Positions 1-14,400 of a stretch of 64,000 nucleotides of DNA are shown one piece after another. Positions within the stretch are counted from its first letter, which is position 1, and every line of letters begins with the position of its first letter. A program made the position numbers and the translations under genes. The DNA is from the human T2T-CHM13v2.0 reference genome, Homo sapiens: the NCBI RefSeq assembly GCF_009914755.1, contig NC_060931.1, one strand, 5' to 3'. The notes under the pieces were generated by a model. It saw only the letters and a program-made list of their open reading frames with translations, had not been told where the DNA came from and did not search any database.

Positions 1-39
1 AAGTGCTGGGATTACAGGCGTGAGCCACCGCGCCCGGCC
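1..39 (-). mobile_element. Alu, 5' end (element continues outside the window)
   Basis: aagtgctgggattacaggcgtgagccaccgcgcccggcc is the reverse complement of the Alu 5' end. Confidence 0.9.
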
Positions 40-314
40 GGGTGCTCACTCTTACACACCAGGGACTGTGTGTGGGGGCTGCACGTTCCAGGCAGAAGCA
101 CGGCAAAGATCTCAGGAAGTAAATATTCTTGTTTATCTAAATTAAGAAGACTCCCTGCAGAAAGAGCCCTGCCTGTCAGCCTCTGCAGCGGGCAGGGTGC
201 AGCCATCATCGCCCAGTCCCCGAGGGTCAGCGGGCGCAGATGCTGGGTGTTGCAGGGGCCGAGGAAGGAGGGCCCTGGTGTTTGTGTGGCAGGGAGTGCA
301 AAGACTGGGCTTAC

Positions 315-509
315 CAGGATCATGTGGCCGGTGGAGATGTCCATGTTGGACTGCACAGGCTCCTCGGACCAGGATGAGGCGCTGCTGCGTGCGGAGGGGC
401 TGGGGATCGGCCCGTCGCTGAACTGGGATGAGACGCTGCTGATGCGTGACGTGTGCGGGCCCTCAGGTCGGTCTGGTGGCCGCGTGGCCATACGCTGGCG
501 GCACAGCTC
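315..509 (-). CDS. PTPRN2: PTPRN2 internal coding exon (195 nt, phase 0/0; probably exon 14), cytoplasmic Ser-rich region leading into the PTP domain
   Basis: Translates [65 protein letters not shown], recognised as phogrin/IA-2beta. Acceptor ctcttcctccccctgtcctgcAG at 510-511; donor CTG|GTAAGC at 314. Confidence 0.97.
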
Positions 510-766
510 CTGCAGGACAGGGGGAGGAAGAGCAGGGGGTTAGTGGCATTGGGGACACCCAGCAGGACGAGGGCCACGGCACCCACGTGGCACAACCCCT
601 TCTCCTGCTAAGATCCAAGGTTCAGGCAGGCGAGAGTTTACCCCAGGGCAGGCCAGCGCAACATGACGGTCAACGCACCCCAAAGCACGCGCCCAGCACG
701 GTGACCCGAGAAGACTTCAGGCTTGTGCAGGAAAAGAGAGGCCTTGCTCTCAGAATCTGAGAATAC

Positions 767-2100
767 AAACACACATACACACACACATATACACACACAC
801 ACCACACACACACACACATCACACATATATACACACATACACCACACACACCACACACATCACACATATACACACACATACGCCACACACACACACCACA
901 CACATCACACATATACACACACATACACCACACACACCACACACATCACACATATACACACACATACGCCACACACACACCACACACATCACACATATAC
1001 ACACACATACACCACACACACCACACACGTCACACATATACACACACATACGCCACACACACACACCACACACATCACACATATACACACACATACGCCA
1101 CACACACACACCACACACATCACATATACACACACATATGCCACACACACACCACACACATCACACATATACACACACATACGCCACACACACACACCAC
1201 ACACATCACACATATACACACACATACGCCACACACACACCACACACATCACACATATACACACACACACCACACACATCACACATATACACACACATAC
1301 ACCACACACACCACACACATCACACATATACACACACAAACGCCACACACACACCACACACATCACACATATACACACACATATGCCACACACACACACC
1401 ACACACATCACACATATACACACATACACCACACACACCACACACATCACACATATACACACACATACACCACACACACCACACACATCACACATATACA
1501 CACACACCACACACACACCACACACATCACACATATACACACACATACACCACACACACACCACACACATCACACATATACACACACACCACACACATCA
1601 CACATATACACACACATACACCCCACACACACACCACACACATCACACATATACACACACATACACCCCACACACACACCACACACATCACACATATACA
1701 CACACATACACCACACACACCACACACATCACACATATACACACACAAACGCCACACACACACCACACACATCACACATATACACACACATACGCCACAC
1801 ACACACCACACACATCACACATATACACACACATACACCACACACACCACACACATCACACATATACACACACATACACCACACACACCACACACATCAC
1901 ACATATACACACACACCACACACACACACCACACACATCACAGACACACACACACCACACACATCGCAGACACACCACACACACACACCACACACATATG
2001 TAACAGACACACACACCACACACACGTCACAGACACACACACCACACACACATACACACATCACAGACACACACACACTGCACACGCCACAAACACACAC
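767..2100. repeat. CA-rich compound micro/minisatellite (about 40-45 bp degenerate unit CACACACACCACACACATCACACATATACACACACATA), UG-rich in the pre-mRNA
   Basis: Directly visible 1.3 kb low-complexity tandem array. Confidence 0.97.
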
Positions 2101-3023
2101 TCCTATAGATTCAAGAAAGCATCCACTGGATCCTCCTCTGTCATCAACGTGGAATATTCTGGGATAACGCCACAGTAGCCTTCGTTGGGTGGCTTCTCAT
2201 TCTATCAGAATATAAGCCACAGGGGAGGCCGGGGGCGGTTTGCACTGTGGACTGAGATACAGAAACTGGTACCACAATCAAAGAGTTTGCAGAAAAAAGA
2301 AGAACCTCATTCTGACGTTTCTTTCTCTTTCCAAAGCAATGTCCAAGAGCCCATGCAAGAGAAGGCAAATGGAGCCGTGCGGGAGACAGAAGGCACAGGG
2401 GAGGGAGAAAGGCCTGTGCTGCTGAGTAGACACCAAAGCAGAAGTTCCCGTATTTAAAGGAAACTCTCAACGTTACACCCCAAGACAGCTTCTGAGGGAT
2501 CACTGCAGGGTCTTCGACCCTCCTTCCCCAGGCAAAGCTCAACCACACACGCGGTGGGCATCCCGAGCACCTGCCCGGCCGTATGGGACCCGCCTGCAGG
2601 CAGGACACGGCCACGCAGCCTCAGGTGCTCAGAACACGCCGGGACCCCGCTGCTGCCGCTCACCTTCAGGGTGCAGCCTGGGTGCCCCCCTGACGTCTGA
2701 CCAACAATCTCGTTTTGAAAGTGTTCTAACCACTGTGTTAGGATAGCCCGTCCTATTGCCTGATGAAAATATACCTGTACCCTGAGTCTGCAAAATGAAA
2801 TGATACCCAGAAAAAGTTTATAAGAGAACTGGAGCTCAACAGAAGAGGTGAAAATGCATTCGTGAGAAAAAGAAAGGCTCCGGGGAACCTCGTGGGCTGC
2901 TGCTGCCTTGGTTTCATTTTGGTGGTGTCCGGGGGAGGCCAAGCCACCCACTCGCTCCCCACAGCCGTGTGCGTCAAAGGCCTTGCACTCCCCAAGGCAA
3001 TCGCCAAAGCTCAGGAAACACTC

Positions 3024-3103
3024 CATGTGTCCCTTCTCCCTTCACCCCGGGGTGCCGGCTTCCTTGTGTCCATTCTCCCTTCACCCCGGGCTGCCGGCTT
3101 CCT
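3024..3103. repeat. 40-bp tandem duplication
   Basis: tgtgtcc(c/a)ttctcccttcaccccggg(g/c)tgccggcttcct x2. Confidence 0.8.
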
Positions 3104-3304
3104 TGGCTTTAAAGATGTCTGCCAAGCCCACCGGCACCACACCATCTAGAAAACATTTCCCTCCACCTGGCTCTCTGGGATGAGCAATTCATGCTCCCGG
3201 GCTCTCTGCTTCGGACTCATAGCGAGATACAGGTGCTGTGGGAAGGGGCCCTGCGGCCCCCACTCTCCAGGAGCCTGCAGCCCCTGTGAGAGCAGCTGGG
3301 GACA

Positions 3305-3542
3305 AGGAGGATGACCGCGGGGACTGGGAGGATGACTGCGGGGACGGGGGGGGATGACCCCGGGGACTGGGGGGGGACGACTGCGGGGATGGGGGGGGAC
3401 GACTGTGGGGAAGGGGGGGACGGCCGCGGGGATGGGGGGGATGGCTGGGGGGACTGGGCGGGAGGTGGATAGCCGCAGGGACAGGGGTGGGAGGATGGTC
3501 ACAGGGATGGGGGGGGGCGGGGGGGATGACTATGGGGACCGG
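3305..3542 (+). repeat. G-rich degenerate tandem repeat with G-quadruplex potential
   Basis: Repeated GGGGA(C/T)GGGGGGGGATGAC-like units with many G4-G9 runs. Confidence 0.85.
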
Positions 3543-3774
3543 GCAGAGACGCACAGGGGAAGGTGGACTTTACCAAGGGCCTCTGGTGAGGGTAAGGGGT
3601 CTCTAAGAAAAGGGAGAGTTCCAGTTCCTTCTTTCCCATACATCTTCAGGTACTTGTTAGTTTATAGACAGTTTTAAAATAGTGAGTGTGTTTAAAAAAA
3701 TCCACCCACGTTTTCTCAGAATCTCAAAAACAAAGCAAAATAAACAAACAAAAAAAACCCCACAAAGGATAATT

Positions 3775-4032
3775 CTTTATTTTTTATTTTTATTTTTATT
3801 TTTGATATGGAGCCTCACTCTGTCTCCCAGGCTGGAGTGGAGAGGCACGATCTCGGCTCACTGCAGCCTCCACCTCCTGGGTTCAAACGATTCTCCTGCC
3901 TCACTCCCCTGATTAGCTGGGATTACAGGCGCCTGCCACCACGCCCGGCTAATTTTTCTATTTTTAGTAGAGACAGGGTTTCACCATATTGGCCAGGCTG
4001 GTCTCGAACTCCTGACCTGAGGTGATCCACCC
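3775..4032 (-). mobile_element. Alu (AluS-like, 5'-truncated)
   Basis: T-rich tail (ttttta)n, then the Alu reverse complement up to gtgatccaccc. Confidence 0.92.
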
Positions 4033-4524
4033 AATGAGGGATGATTTTAATAAGGTAGATGATACCAGTAACCAACCTGAGTATACATCTCATTTATTTC
4101 TCAATTGTGCACATGAATTTTGCTTGACGTGGGGGAAAAGCACACTGAGAAATGTTTCTGAAGTAACTTCTATCTCTTCACACAATTTCTCCAGAAAAAT
4201 AACGTCCAACCAAAGCATGAGAACAGCTACAGCTCAGGGAACCCAGAGGGTCCGAGAATGTGACCCTCTGGGGAAGAGGATTTGAAACGCTGGAGATTTA
4301 CTCACATAAAAATAAAAAATCAAGCTAGTTCCATGCCCATCCTGTGATTTGCCACCCATGGGAGAGCTACAGTGAGGTCTGAGCTCTGTTATTTCCTGAG
4401 TGCCATGGAGGGTGAAGCCACCAAGAGGCCCCACAGGACTGAGGTCCCTGCTGCACCACAAACTTCCGTTTTTATTGTATTTATTTTTCTCCCAAAGTCA
4501 CCAATAGCAAACAACCACAAACTT

Positions 4525-4690
4525 TTCATGTGAACTTGGGAAAACCTCTAAAGGTCTCTAAGCCTATTTTTTCACTTTATAAATGGAGATAATCCTATAG
4601 TTACTGTGAAGATTAAAATAGATGGTTTCCTGTATATTCAGTGCTTAGCATGGAGGCAGCTACAGAGAAAGCCTCAAGCATTCATGAGTA
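4525..4690 (+). mobile_element. MIR fragment
   Basis: Degenerate MIR core: tgtgaacttgggaaaa...taaatggagataat...gtgaagattaaa...gtgcttagca. Confidence 0.5.
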
Positions 4691-4751
4691 AGAGAGACGT
4701 ATTAGTGAATAGAAGTTAGGGCCGTTCTCTAAGCCAGAGCCAAACTCTTGA

Positions 4752-5269
<518 letters not shown>

Positions 5270-5600
5270 TGAAGGTCTTAACTTTTTCAAAGGAGGGAAA
5301 CTGCGATAAAGATCCAAGAAAAATGTCCCTGGCAGAGAGGAAGCCCCCGAAAGCTTGGCGCAGAATGCTGGAGACCCGTGGCGGCAGCTCTTCGCCTGTG
5401 CAGAGGGAGACGCTGCCGTGGGAGAAGGGTGTGCCCACAGCAAGGCAACGCGCGGCCGGGGACGCTGCTCTTGCCCGAAGGCGCTCTCCCTGCGGGCTTC
5501 CGCCTGGGAACGGGGGCGGGTGCTCTAGCCCGGCGCTGCTCCGCTCTGAACCCACCGCTACCAAGTTTCTATTCAGCAAGTGGCTCAGGCAAACATCTGA

Positions 5601-5750
5601 GCAGCGATAAGGCCGGGAATGGCCTGCAGGGAGGAATGGGATGATGGGGAAGCCGGGTCCTGGGTGGAGGAGGTTGGCAGTGATAAGGCCAGGAATGGCC
5701 TGCAGGGAGGAACGGGATGGTGGGGAAGCCGGGTCCTGGGTGGAGGAGGT
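5601..5750. repeat. About 76-bp tandem duplication
   Basis: gcag(c/t)gataaggcc(g/a)ggaatggcctgcagggagga...gggtggaggagg x2. Confidence 0.85.
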
Positions 5751-6129
5751 GTCTGGGGCTGAAGCCCCCCATGCTGCCCCTGAGCCTGGGGGCAGGTGAG
5801 AGACGCGTCCTACTTCCCTGGACACTACGATGGGCAGGACGTGGCTCCCCGGAGGCACCAGCCATGTTTCCCTCACATCACCAGCGCAGGCTTTTCTGAA
5901 GGCTCTGGGGGAACCTGCCACTTAGGAGAGTCTCTGCACCTCCACAAAGCTGCCCTGAGACAGAGGCAACGGGGCCACCATGGACGCCTCCTAGAAACCA
6001 GGACCCAGAAAACAGGTATGTCTTCAGAGGAGCAGGATGAGAACTGCAAAAACAGACCTAACTTTGGTTCTTTTCCTTGACGTCCAGGGCAGTCATTGAC
6101 TCATTCACTCATAGCACCTGCAGTCAGAG

Positions 6130-6330
6130 GGCCTGATTTTGAATCTGGGCTTCAGGTCTTACTGACTGTGTGGCCTTGGGAAAACACTAATCTCTGTGTG
6201 CCTCAGTTTCCCCATCTGTGAAGTGGTGATAATGGTACCGACTTCACCGCTGGGAGGATTAAATAAGATAACATGCTTAGAGTGAGGCTTTGGGCCTGTG
6301 CCTGACACACACCAGGTGATTATTTGCTGT
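6130..6330 (+). mobile_element. MIR
   Basis: ctgtgtggccttgggaaa...ctgtgtgcctcagtttccccatctgtgaagtgg...gaggattaaataagataa matches the MIR core. Confidence 0.8.
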
Positions 6331-8525
6331 TCCTACTACGATGATTATTAGTTTATTCAAAATCAGGTTTGCTATGGTCCCTTGCCGAGTCAGCACTGCA
6401 CAGGGTGCCAGGAACACCAGGCTGAGCCAGGCTGGGTCAGACTCGCCGGGCCCTGACCCCCGAGCACTCCCACGCCACCCAGAGCTGGGCACGAGTGACC
6501 GCAAGAAGCGATGGGAATGACAGCAACAGCACGTGTTGGGCGTTCGTGGGAAGGGGTGCCGTGGGGCCGGGAGGAGGGGACCCTCCCTGAACTTGAGGTC
6601 AAAGAAAGCTTTAGGCAGGAGAGGCTCAGGCCCCAAGGCTAGGCCGCAATGGCACCTGCAGAGATGGGGAGGTGTGAGCAGGCATGGGGCCTGGAGGTGC
6701 GTAAGAGCTTCCACGGGGCGAGGAAGGAGGAGGAGGAGAGAGAAGGGGCCGCCACTCCCTACAGCCTCCTGGGTGGGCAGTGCTGCGGGCACAGCGCTCT
6801 GCATCCATGCCGCGACTGCTTTCGGAATGTGCTTTTCCAGGGCGAGCCTTCTTTTTGGACATGGGATGTACCCGATGTCTACAAGCTTGAAGTAACATTG
6901 CCGACCGTGTGCTTCTTGTGCATGCAGGGTCTGAAGGGAAGGCCTTGCATCCACCGCCCACCTAACCTCACGGCTCAGCCACGTTCACGCAGCACGGTTC
7001 AGTCAGAAGTTCACACCTCATTCAACCCAGCTGTTGCTAAGTCAGTGTGGCTGTCATGGGACCAACTGAAGAGTGTCCTGCCTCACGCCGTATCTCAGGA
7101 CATCCACAAAGCATTGCTTTTGCCACATTCTGCTTGGCCGCGAAGCCACTTTCTGCAGCCCGAGCTCCACCCCCGGCCATAACCCAGGCTGGGAAGAAGT
7201 TCCCCGGGCATCGGCGACTCCCTGCAGGTACGGCAGGGGTGGCAAGGGGCGAACAGCGCACCAGGCCCGCGAGGAGGTCACTGAGCAAGGGCTGTGCGCG
7301 TGGAAACCGTGATGACATCACACTGACAAGTTAAACCCTGGAGTCCCAGCGGCACTGGCTGTCGGCCGTCCTGCACGTGCCCCTGGGAAGACGTGGCTGC
7401 AGGCCCAACTCCTGGTGTCTCCCTTGGCGATAAACACAAGAAAGCCACATCTATCTACTGGAGACAGAAACAGAAATTCCTCACAAGTGAGCTGGAAATG
7501 CGCCAGTCTGCTGCGCTCACGGGGAACGGGGTCGGGCCAGCTCCCTCCAAGGACGGGGGCTGGGACGTTTGGCCGCTGCCTCTCCCACTCACTGTGGCCT
7601 GCCCCTGCCAGCGTCCCTTCCCCTTGCTGTGTGGCCCCTTTCTGGGCCACCTGCCAGAGCTCCTCACAGTGGGGACCGGCCCCTCCCTCTCCACCCTTCC
7701 CTGGACACTCTTGGGAATCTCCAGACGTGGGGGAAGCCAGGAAGGAGCCTGGATTCTGCCTCATGGCTTGCTGGAGAAAGCACTGAGGGGCATCTCATGT
7801 GGTCTCATTCACTGGTCCTTTAGGCTGATTATAGTTTCCAAATTCATAATGGAAATTCTATAGTCTGTCCATTCTCAGTCCTTTACCTTAACATTTAAAA
7901 ATTTTGTAAGGAAAAACACACTTCTTACTAGAATGGAATAAGAAATGTAGAACGCTACTTGACTTAGTAATGGTTTAGCCAGTGCCAACGAGACAAACCT
8001 CACAGCATTTGAAATCGCTCTAGGTTATAATTTGGGACATTTCCACCCTGCATGAGGTGACTCTAACCCTCTAAGCAAGGCTGCCAGTGTGGGCTCACTG
8101 GAGATGCCACTGGGAGCTGTTTTTCCCCTCCCAAGACTAGAAAGTGACTGGCTACAGCGGGGGAGGGGGCCACACTCCTCACTCTTCATTGAAAAGTAGC
8201 ATCCACACCTGAAAAGGCAGTCGCATCCACGGTGCTGAACGGAGGCGTGAGCTTGCTGACCGCTGAGGCGATGACTGAATGGACAGCGTGGCACACATAC
8301 TTCTTTAAAACCTCAGTTGAAGGTTACAGCATCAGCTGCCATCACACCAGAACTGCCATCAGACGAGAGCAGCCGCTGCCCGTATCACCTGCGTTCATTA
8401 TCAGACTTCTGTGGGGGCCCAGGGCACAGAGCGGGGGCTCCTGTCAGCCAGTGACAGAAATGGCCATCGCCACTACGAATACTCTAAGTACCATTCTGTG
8501 TGGTGAGTTTAAAATACAGAACGGT

Positions 8526-8921
<396 letters not shown>

Positions 8922-9684
8922 TCATGTTTTGAAATTTCCCTGATTTATAATCCTCGGTAAACACAAAGGGTGCATCCTCACCCGGAACAAAACTCTCCTG
9001 GTCAGACGGTGAACACCCCAGAGTGAGGCCTGTGGGCCACACGAGCCTGCTGAAGGGGTTAACCGGCAGTGGTGCCAAGCAGGAAGCCCCGAGACCTGCC
9101 CCTCCACAGCGCCTGCTTGCAGGGGCCCAAGGGCCTCCCCTGCACAGCCTGGCCTGGGGGCACTGACACATTTTTGGCAAACAGATCTTGGCCGGACAGA
9201 AGGTCCAATCCTTCCAGCCACTTCACTTAAAGGAAAATCTTCTATTTAAGATCCAGACTCAGCCTAACAATCACGAAGATGGCTCTGTTTATGATCCGCG
9301 ACGATGCACCTTCAGCCACAGCGGCCCAGTGTGTGCAGCTTGGCGACCTTGAGTTTGTAAGGATGAGTAAGACCTTGTGGCATTTGCGTGACTCAATAAC
9401 CAACAGGTAATTAAATATGAATGAAGAAGAAAGGTAGATGTAACCACATAACTCTTTTGATTGTAGATTTAGCTGCGATGTCGGCGGCACTTGCGAATTC
9501 CCTCCCCACTCTGAGGAGCTGGACGGAGGCTCCATCCCACTGAGGGCTGGGCATGGGCCTGCCTGGCCCTGAAGGCACCCACGGGGCCACTCCCACCAGG
9601 GTGTGGATGAAACCTGTTTTCTTTTCTCTTCCCAATTCATACTCTTTAGCAGCGAAGAAAAAACAATATATATGTGAACTAAGA

Positions 9685-10197
9685 AAAGGACTATAAATCA
9701 TGCTACCATAAGGACACATGCACACATATGTTTATTGTGGCACTATTCACAATAGTAAAGACTTGGAACCAACCCAAATGTCCATCAATGATAGACTGGA
9801 TTAAGAAAATGTGGCACATATACACCATGGAATACTATGCAGCCATAAAAAAGGATGAGTTCATGTTCTTTGCAGGGACATGGATGAAGCTGGAAACCAT
9901 CATTCTCAGCAAAATATCACAAAGACAGAAAATCAAACACCACATGTTCTCACTCATCGGTGGGAAGTGAACAATGAGAACACTTGGACACAAGGCGGGG
10001 ACCATCACACACCACAGCCTGTCAGGGGCTGGGGGCCAGGGGGAGGGGTAGCATTAGGAGAAATACCTAATGTAAATGACGAGTTGGTGGGTGCAGCAAT
10101 CCAACATGGCACATGTATACATATGTAACAAACCTGCACGTTGTGCACATGTACCCTAGAACTTAAAGTATAATTAAAAAAAAAAAAAGAAAAAAAA
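9685..10197 (+). mobile_element. L1PA 3' fragment (ORF2 C-terminus, 3'UTR, poly-A)
   Basis: ORF MFIVALFTIVKTWNQPKCPSMIDWIKKMWHIYTMEYYAAIKKDEF matches the L1 ORF2p C-terminus; gtaccctagaacttaaagtataat plus A tail. Confidence 0.95.
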
Positions 10198-10654
10198 TTC
10201 CAGGTACAAAGGGGAAGTCATTTATTTTTGTGCCATGCTGCCTTGCATTTTTGGAATGCCTGTCCCTGGAGATGGAGCTCACATCTTTCCGGAAAGCTCT
10301 GAAGGTCCCTGCGTCTCAGTATAGCTGCTCTGTAGCTTTTTAGCTGTCTGGCCCCTCTTAGGTGTTGAGAAAGTTATTAAGAAAATTATTAAGGATAGCA
10401 TGTCAAATTCCCAGTGAGAAGGACGCATTTGCAATAATGGAAAAAGGGCACGGTTTTGCAGGTCATCTCCATAGTAAAATATCAATGATTATAATGTGCC
10501 TCTATTCTTGAGAAGAAAGTATTCCAGAGCCATTAGTGTGTTAGAAAAAAAAAAAACCCCACAGTAGAAAATGAAATCCATTATTGGCAAAAAAAGCAAG
10601 CCAAGACAGAGCTGAGATCTGCACGGTGTGGCCGTGTAAGGCAGAGGCTGAGGA

Positions 10655-10830
10655 CCAGGACTCTGGGTCCAGATCACCCGGGGCTGTGTGCCACTGGACA
10701 GGCTGCCAAAAGCTGCGTGTGTGTTTTTAATCTGTGAAATGGGGATGAAGGCAGAGCAGCTCCACAGAGTTGTTGGGAGGACTCTGAGGGTGGATGTGTG
10801 TGGAGCACAGAGTACAAGGCCTGGCTTGCA
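10655..10830 (+). mobile_element. Degenerate MIR running into the 60-bp VNTR
   Basis: atctgtgaaatggggatgaa...cagagttgttgggagga resembles the MIR core. Confidence 0.5.
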
Positions 10831-11455
10831 GACTCGGCCCGTGTGACACTGATCTCAGGTGGGTGCAACAAGTACACAGCCTGACTTGCACACTTGGCCC
10901 ATGCGGCACTGATCTCAGGTGGGTGTGATGAGTACGAGCCCTGGCTTGCACACTCAGCCTGTGGGACACTGATCTCTGGTGGGTGCAATGAGTACACAGC
11001 CTGGCTTGCACGCTCAGCCTGTGGGACACTGATCTCTGGTGTGTGCAATGAGTACACAGCCTGACTTGCACACTCGGCCCGTGGGACACTGATCTCAGGT
11101 GGGTGCAACGAGTACACAGCCTGGCTTGCACGCTCAGCCTGTGGGACACTGATCTCTGGTGGGTGCAATGAGTACACAGCCTGGCTTGCACGCTCAGCCT
11201 GTGGGACACTGATCTCTGGTGTGTGCAATGAGTACACAGCCTGGCTTGCACGCTCAGCCTGTGGGACACTGATCTCTGGTGTGTGCAATGAGTACACAGC
11301 CTGGCTTGCACACTCGGCCCGTGGGACACTGATCTCAGGTGGGTGCAACGAGTACACAGCCTGGCTTGCACACTCGGCCCGTGGGACACTGATCTCAGGT
11401 GGGTGCAACGAGTACACAGCCTGACTTGCACACTCGGCCCGTGGGACACTGATCT
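10801..11455. repeat. 60-bp minisatellite, about 11 copies
   Basis: Unit gggtgcaatgagtacacagcctggcttgcacgctcagcctgtgggacactgatctctggt lines up in the 60-column layout. Confidence 0.97.
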
Positions 11456-14400
11456 TACACGGGTGTGGGCATCCCCCTGCCAGTGCCCGCATCTACATTT
11501 GGGCACAGAGAAGCCACACAGCCTCACGGGAGCTGGGGGCCTCTGGCAGGGCCTCCTTCCAGGACACAATACCAAGGAGGCCAGACCCCCAGGGCTGTCC
11601 GCACTGGATGACCCTCTGGCCACTCTGTCCTGCTGATGAGACCCTCTCCCTGCCTCCTCCCTCTCAGTAAAACTAGAGTAACTAGGCATTTTTAAAGAAG
11701 ATGGTGGCGTCTTCCACTGTTGCCCTAAATGGAAATGCTCCACCGCAAAACTCAATGTGATGCTAGTGCCTCACGACCTAACACCCTCCCCACGGGGCAG
11801 CGTTTGTCAGGAACGGTAAACCCAGCGCGTCCGCACCCAGGCGCAGAAACTCTCCATCAGGGAAATGTGAAAAATTGATCTTTTTGCAGCTCGGTGCTGC
11901 CTCCAACACATCCAGAGCCAACTGGAACTGTGAGTGTGAGCCCAGTGGCACTGCAAGCGCCCACACCAGCACCCTGCCCTGGGCAGAGTCACGTGGGACC
12001 ATCCCCGCAGGACAGTGCTGCACCCAGAGCCCCCACCCTGAAAGCTTCCCGTGCTCTGAGCAGCTCCTCAGGTGTGAGCACACAAACAGAGGAGGCCATG
12101 GTCAGCACGGCACATTCGGACACCACAGTCCTCGCTCGCCGTAGAGCCGCCTGCTCCTCTGCTGTGCCCAGGCCGGGGCCCTGGGCGTGTCCGCAGAGTC
12201 CTCAAAGTATCTTATACTTCTCTATAACACAATGTGCAAAATAAGCTGAAGAGGATTCTGGGGGCAGAAATTCATCCATACACATCACAAGGCAAATGTC
12301 TCATCTCTTAACTCAGCATCTGATGGAGAAAATTACAGAGTGGAAATCACTCAGAGAAGAGACCTGTCATTCTTGAATTCTGCCAAAAGAAGACCAGGAC
12401 AACAAAGGTTTCAGGAAAACCTCTCTGCACGCTTCCGGGAGCCAACTGAATGAAGCCGTGTTGCCCGAGTGTGCGCACAGAGAGCCTTGGGTTTTTAGGG
12501 TTATTTCGAGAGTGTAATCACTAGTAACAGGACAACACTAAGGAATTAAACGTACAAAGCTGGGCAGGAAAAAGTGGGTTCACTGGGCTCTGCTGGGGAG
12601 GAATAAAGGCCACTCTCCAGACTGGACGTGGCACCAAGAGAACGTGGTGAACGGGAACCGGCTCTGTTTGGGGAGGGCCCTGGCCTTCAGCTCAGAGGGC
12701 AACACACAGCAGAAGCCGCGGGGCCCGGTGCAACCACAGGTGGCTCGAATGTAAAACGGTTAAGGAAAAAGCCTGCGCTCTGTCAGTTTGACACTGAGGC
12801 TGCAGGGCACGTGACGACAGGAAATCTAAACAGGAAGGTGAAATGTTGAGAAAGCGTGTGCAGGGAAAAGGCCGGGGAAAAATATTCCAGGTTGTTAAAC
12901 GGGGTCATGTGTCATAGTGGGGAAAAAAAGAAAAAAAGGTTTCTTGTATAATCACCTCTCCCCGATCATGACACAGTTTTACTTGATTTTATTTCATCAT
13001 AAAACTCAGAGGGACTCAGAAGGAACCGCCTCACATGCTAGGCCAGCAAGGCCAGCTGGGAGCAGAGGAGCAGTAACCAATGATTTCGTTGAGGAGAGCG
13101 ACTTTACACAAACACTCCACCATGCTAGGTCTCTGATCGGCACCGCTACAAGGTGCTCCGGGGTCTGGGTGCATCTGGGGCAGCCCTGTGAGACCTCAGG
13201 GAACACAGGGCCACGCTCACTTCTGGAGAGCAAATGGCCCACGGCCGCCCCTGAATGCCAGGGGAGCCTCCCTTCTTCTGCCACGGAGTCAGGGCCCCGG
13301 CAGCCGAGCCTGTCCGTGATCTAAGCCGGGGACGTCCTCGGCTCATGGCCCACGTGGCCAACGCTGCTCTGGTGACACAGTCCCACCGCCTCCAGTGGCT
13401 TCTCCTTGGTGTCCAGGTAACTTTTACACTTGGACCAAGAACAACCCACACACGTGTTTGCACGCGCACACACACACACACCCAGGGGAGGATGCCCCTG
13501 ACAGCAGCGCCCAAGCCAGGGCCACAGAGCTCTGCAGGCCCCTCCCCGCTCCTGACACACGACGACACCCAGTCAGGGGCTGTAAGCACAGCTCCTGCAG
13601 GAAGGGGTTCCACGCACGGGCAAACAAGCCGAGTCAGCCCACGATGAGCGATGTTGGCCAAGCAATATGGAGTGAGTTCTTCCCATTTCGCAAGATGTTT
13701 TCTCAAAACAAAAATTAAAGATATAGACATGTTTCATGTAAGTGAAAAATAATTTTCAACACTCTTCTAAATGTGGAACAGTCTTGGAACAGCCTAAGAT
13801 CAGTAGGAAAAAAGCGGCCTCTCCGCTCGCTCAGCCCCCATCCCTGCGGCGCCCAGAGCACCAGCCCTTTCTCGAGTCCCCACACAACCTCGAGGCCGGG
13901 CTCCGGGCATCCAGGCGTGTGCTGTTTCCTAGTTATTTTCACGTCCATACCCCTGCCTCCCACACTCAAGAGCAGAAGTCCTTCTGTCTGCTTTCTGTAC
14001 CCACAGCATCTACGTGGTGCAGAGGGGCCCTCGCTGAGCCCCTGCACACTGGTCAGCATCCCTGGCCTCCAGATCACGGCTCGCTCAGGGACCGAGTGTC
14101 CCACACCAAGGCAGCCCTGGGGGAGCAGCAAGGGGCACGGCTGGAGCAGCTGCATCGAGCCCCCGCCGGCCGACAGCTGCGGCTTCCTGCTCTGGGGAGG
14201 TGAGGGCTGTGTTTGAATCTCCTGAAGCCCCTGGTGGGTGGCTGGGAAACGCAGGTGCTCCACGTGAAGCACAGAAGGCACGTACGGGCTCACGGGACCC
14301 GCGGTCAGCTGCATCCGAGAGTGACCGACGTGCTGAAACCCGACCTCCTGCCTCCCTTTTTCTTAGGGACTGCCTCTCCCCTAAGACTAAAGACATTCAT

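Noticed and set aside
12-314. ORF extension beyond ...GHMIL
   Set aside because: Read-through past the GTAAG donor into intron and Alu sequence
723-2178. His/Thr-rich and Cys/Val-rich ORFs
   Set aside because: Translations of the CA microsatellite
8219-8290. Possible REST/RE1 site (TTCAGCACC on the minus strand; GGACAGCG nearby)
   Set aside because: The right half adjacent to the left half is poor, and the good half-sites are in non-canonical orientation and spacing
9728-9970. 80-aa ORF
   Set aside because: C-terminal remnant of L1 ORF2 in a 5'-truncated element
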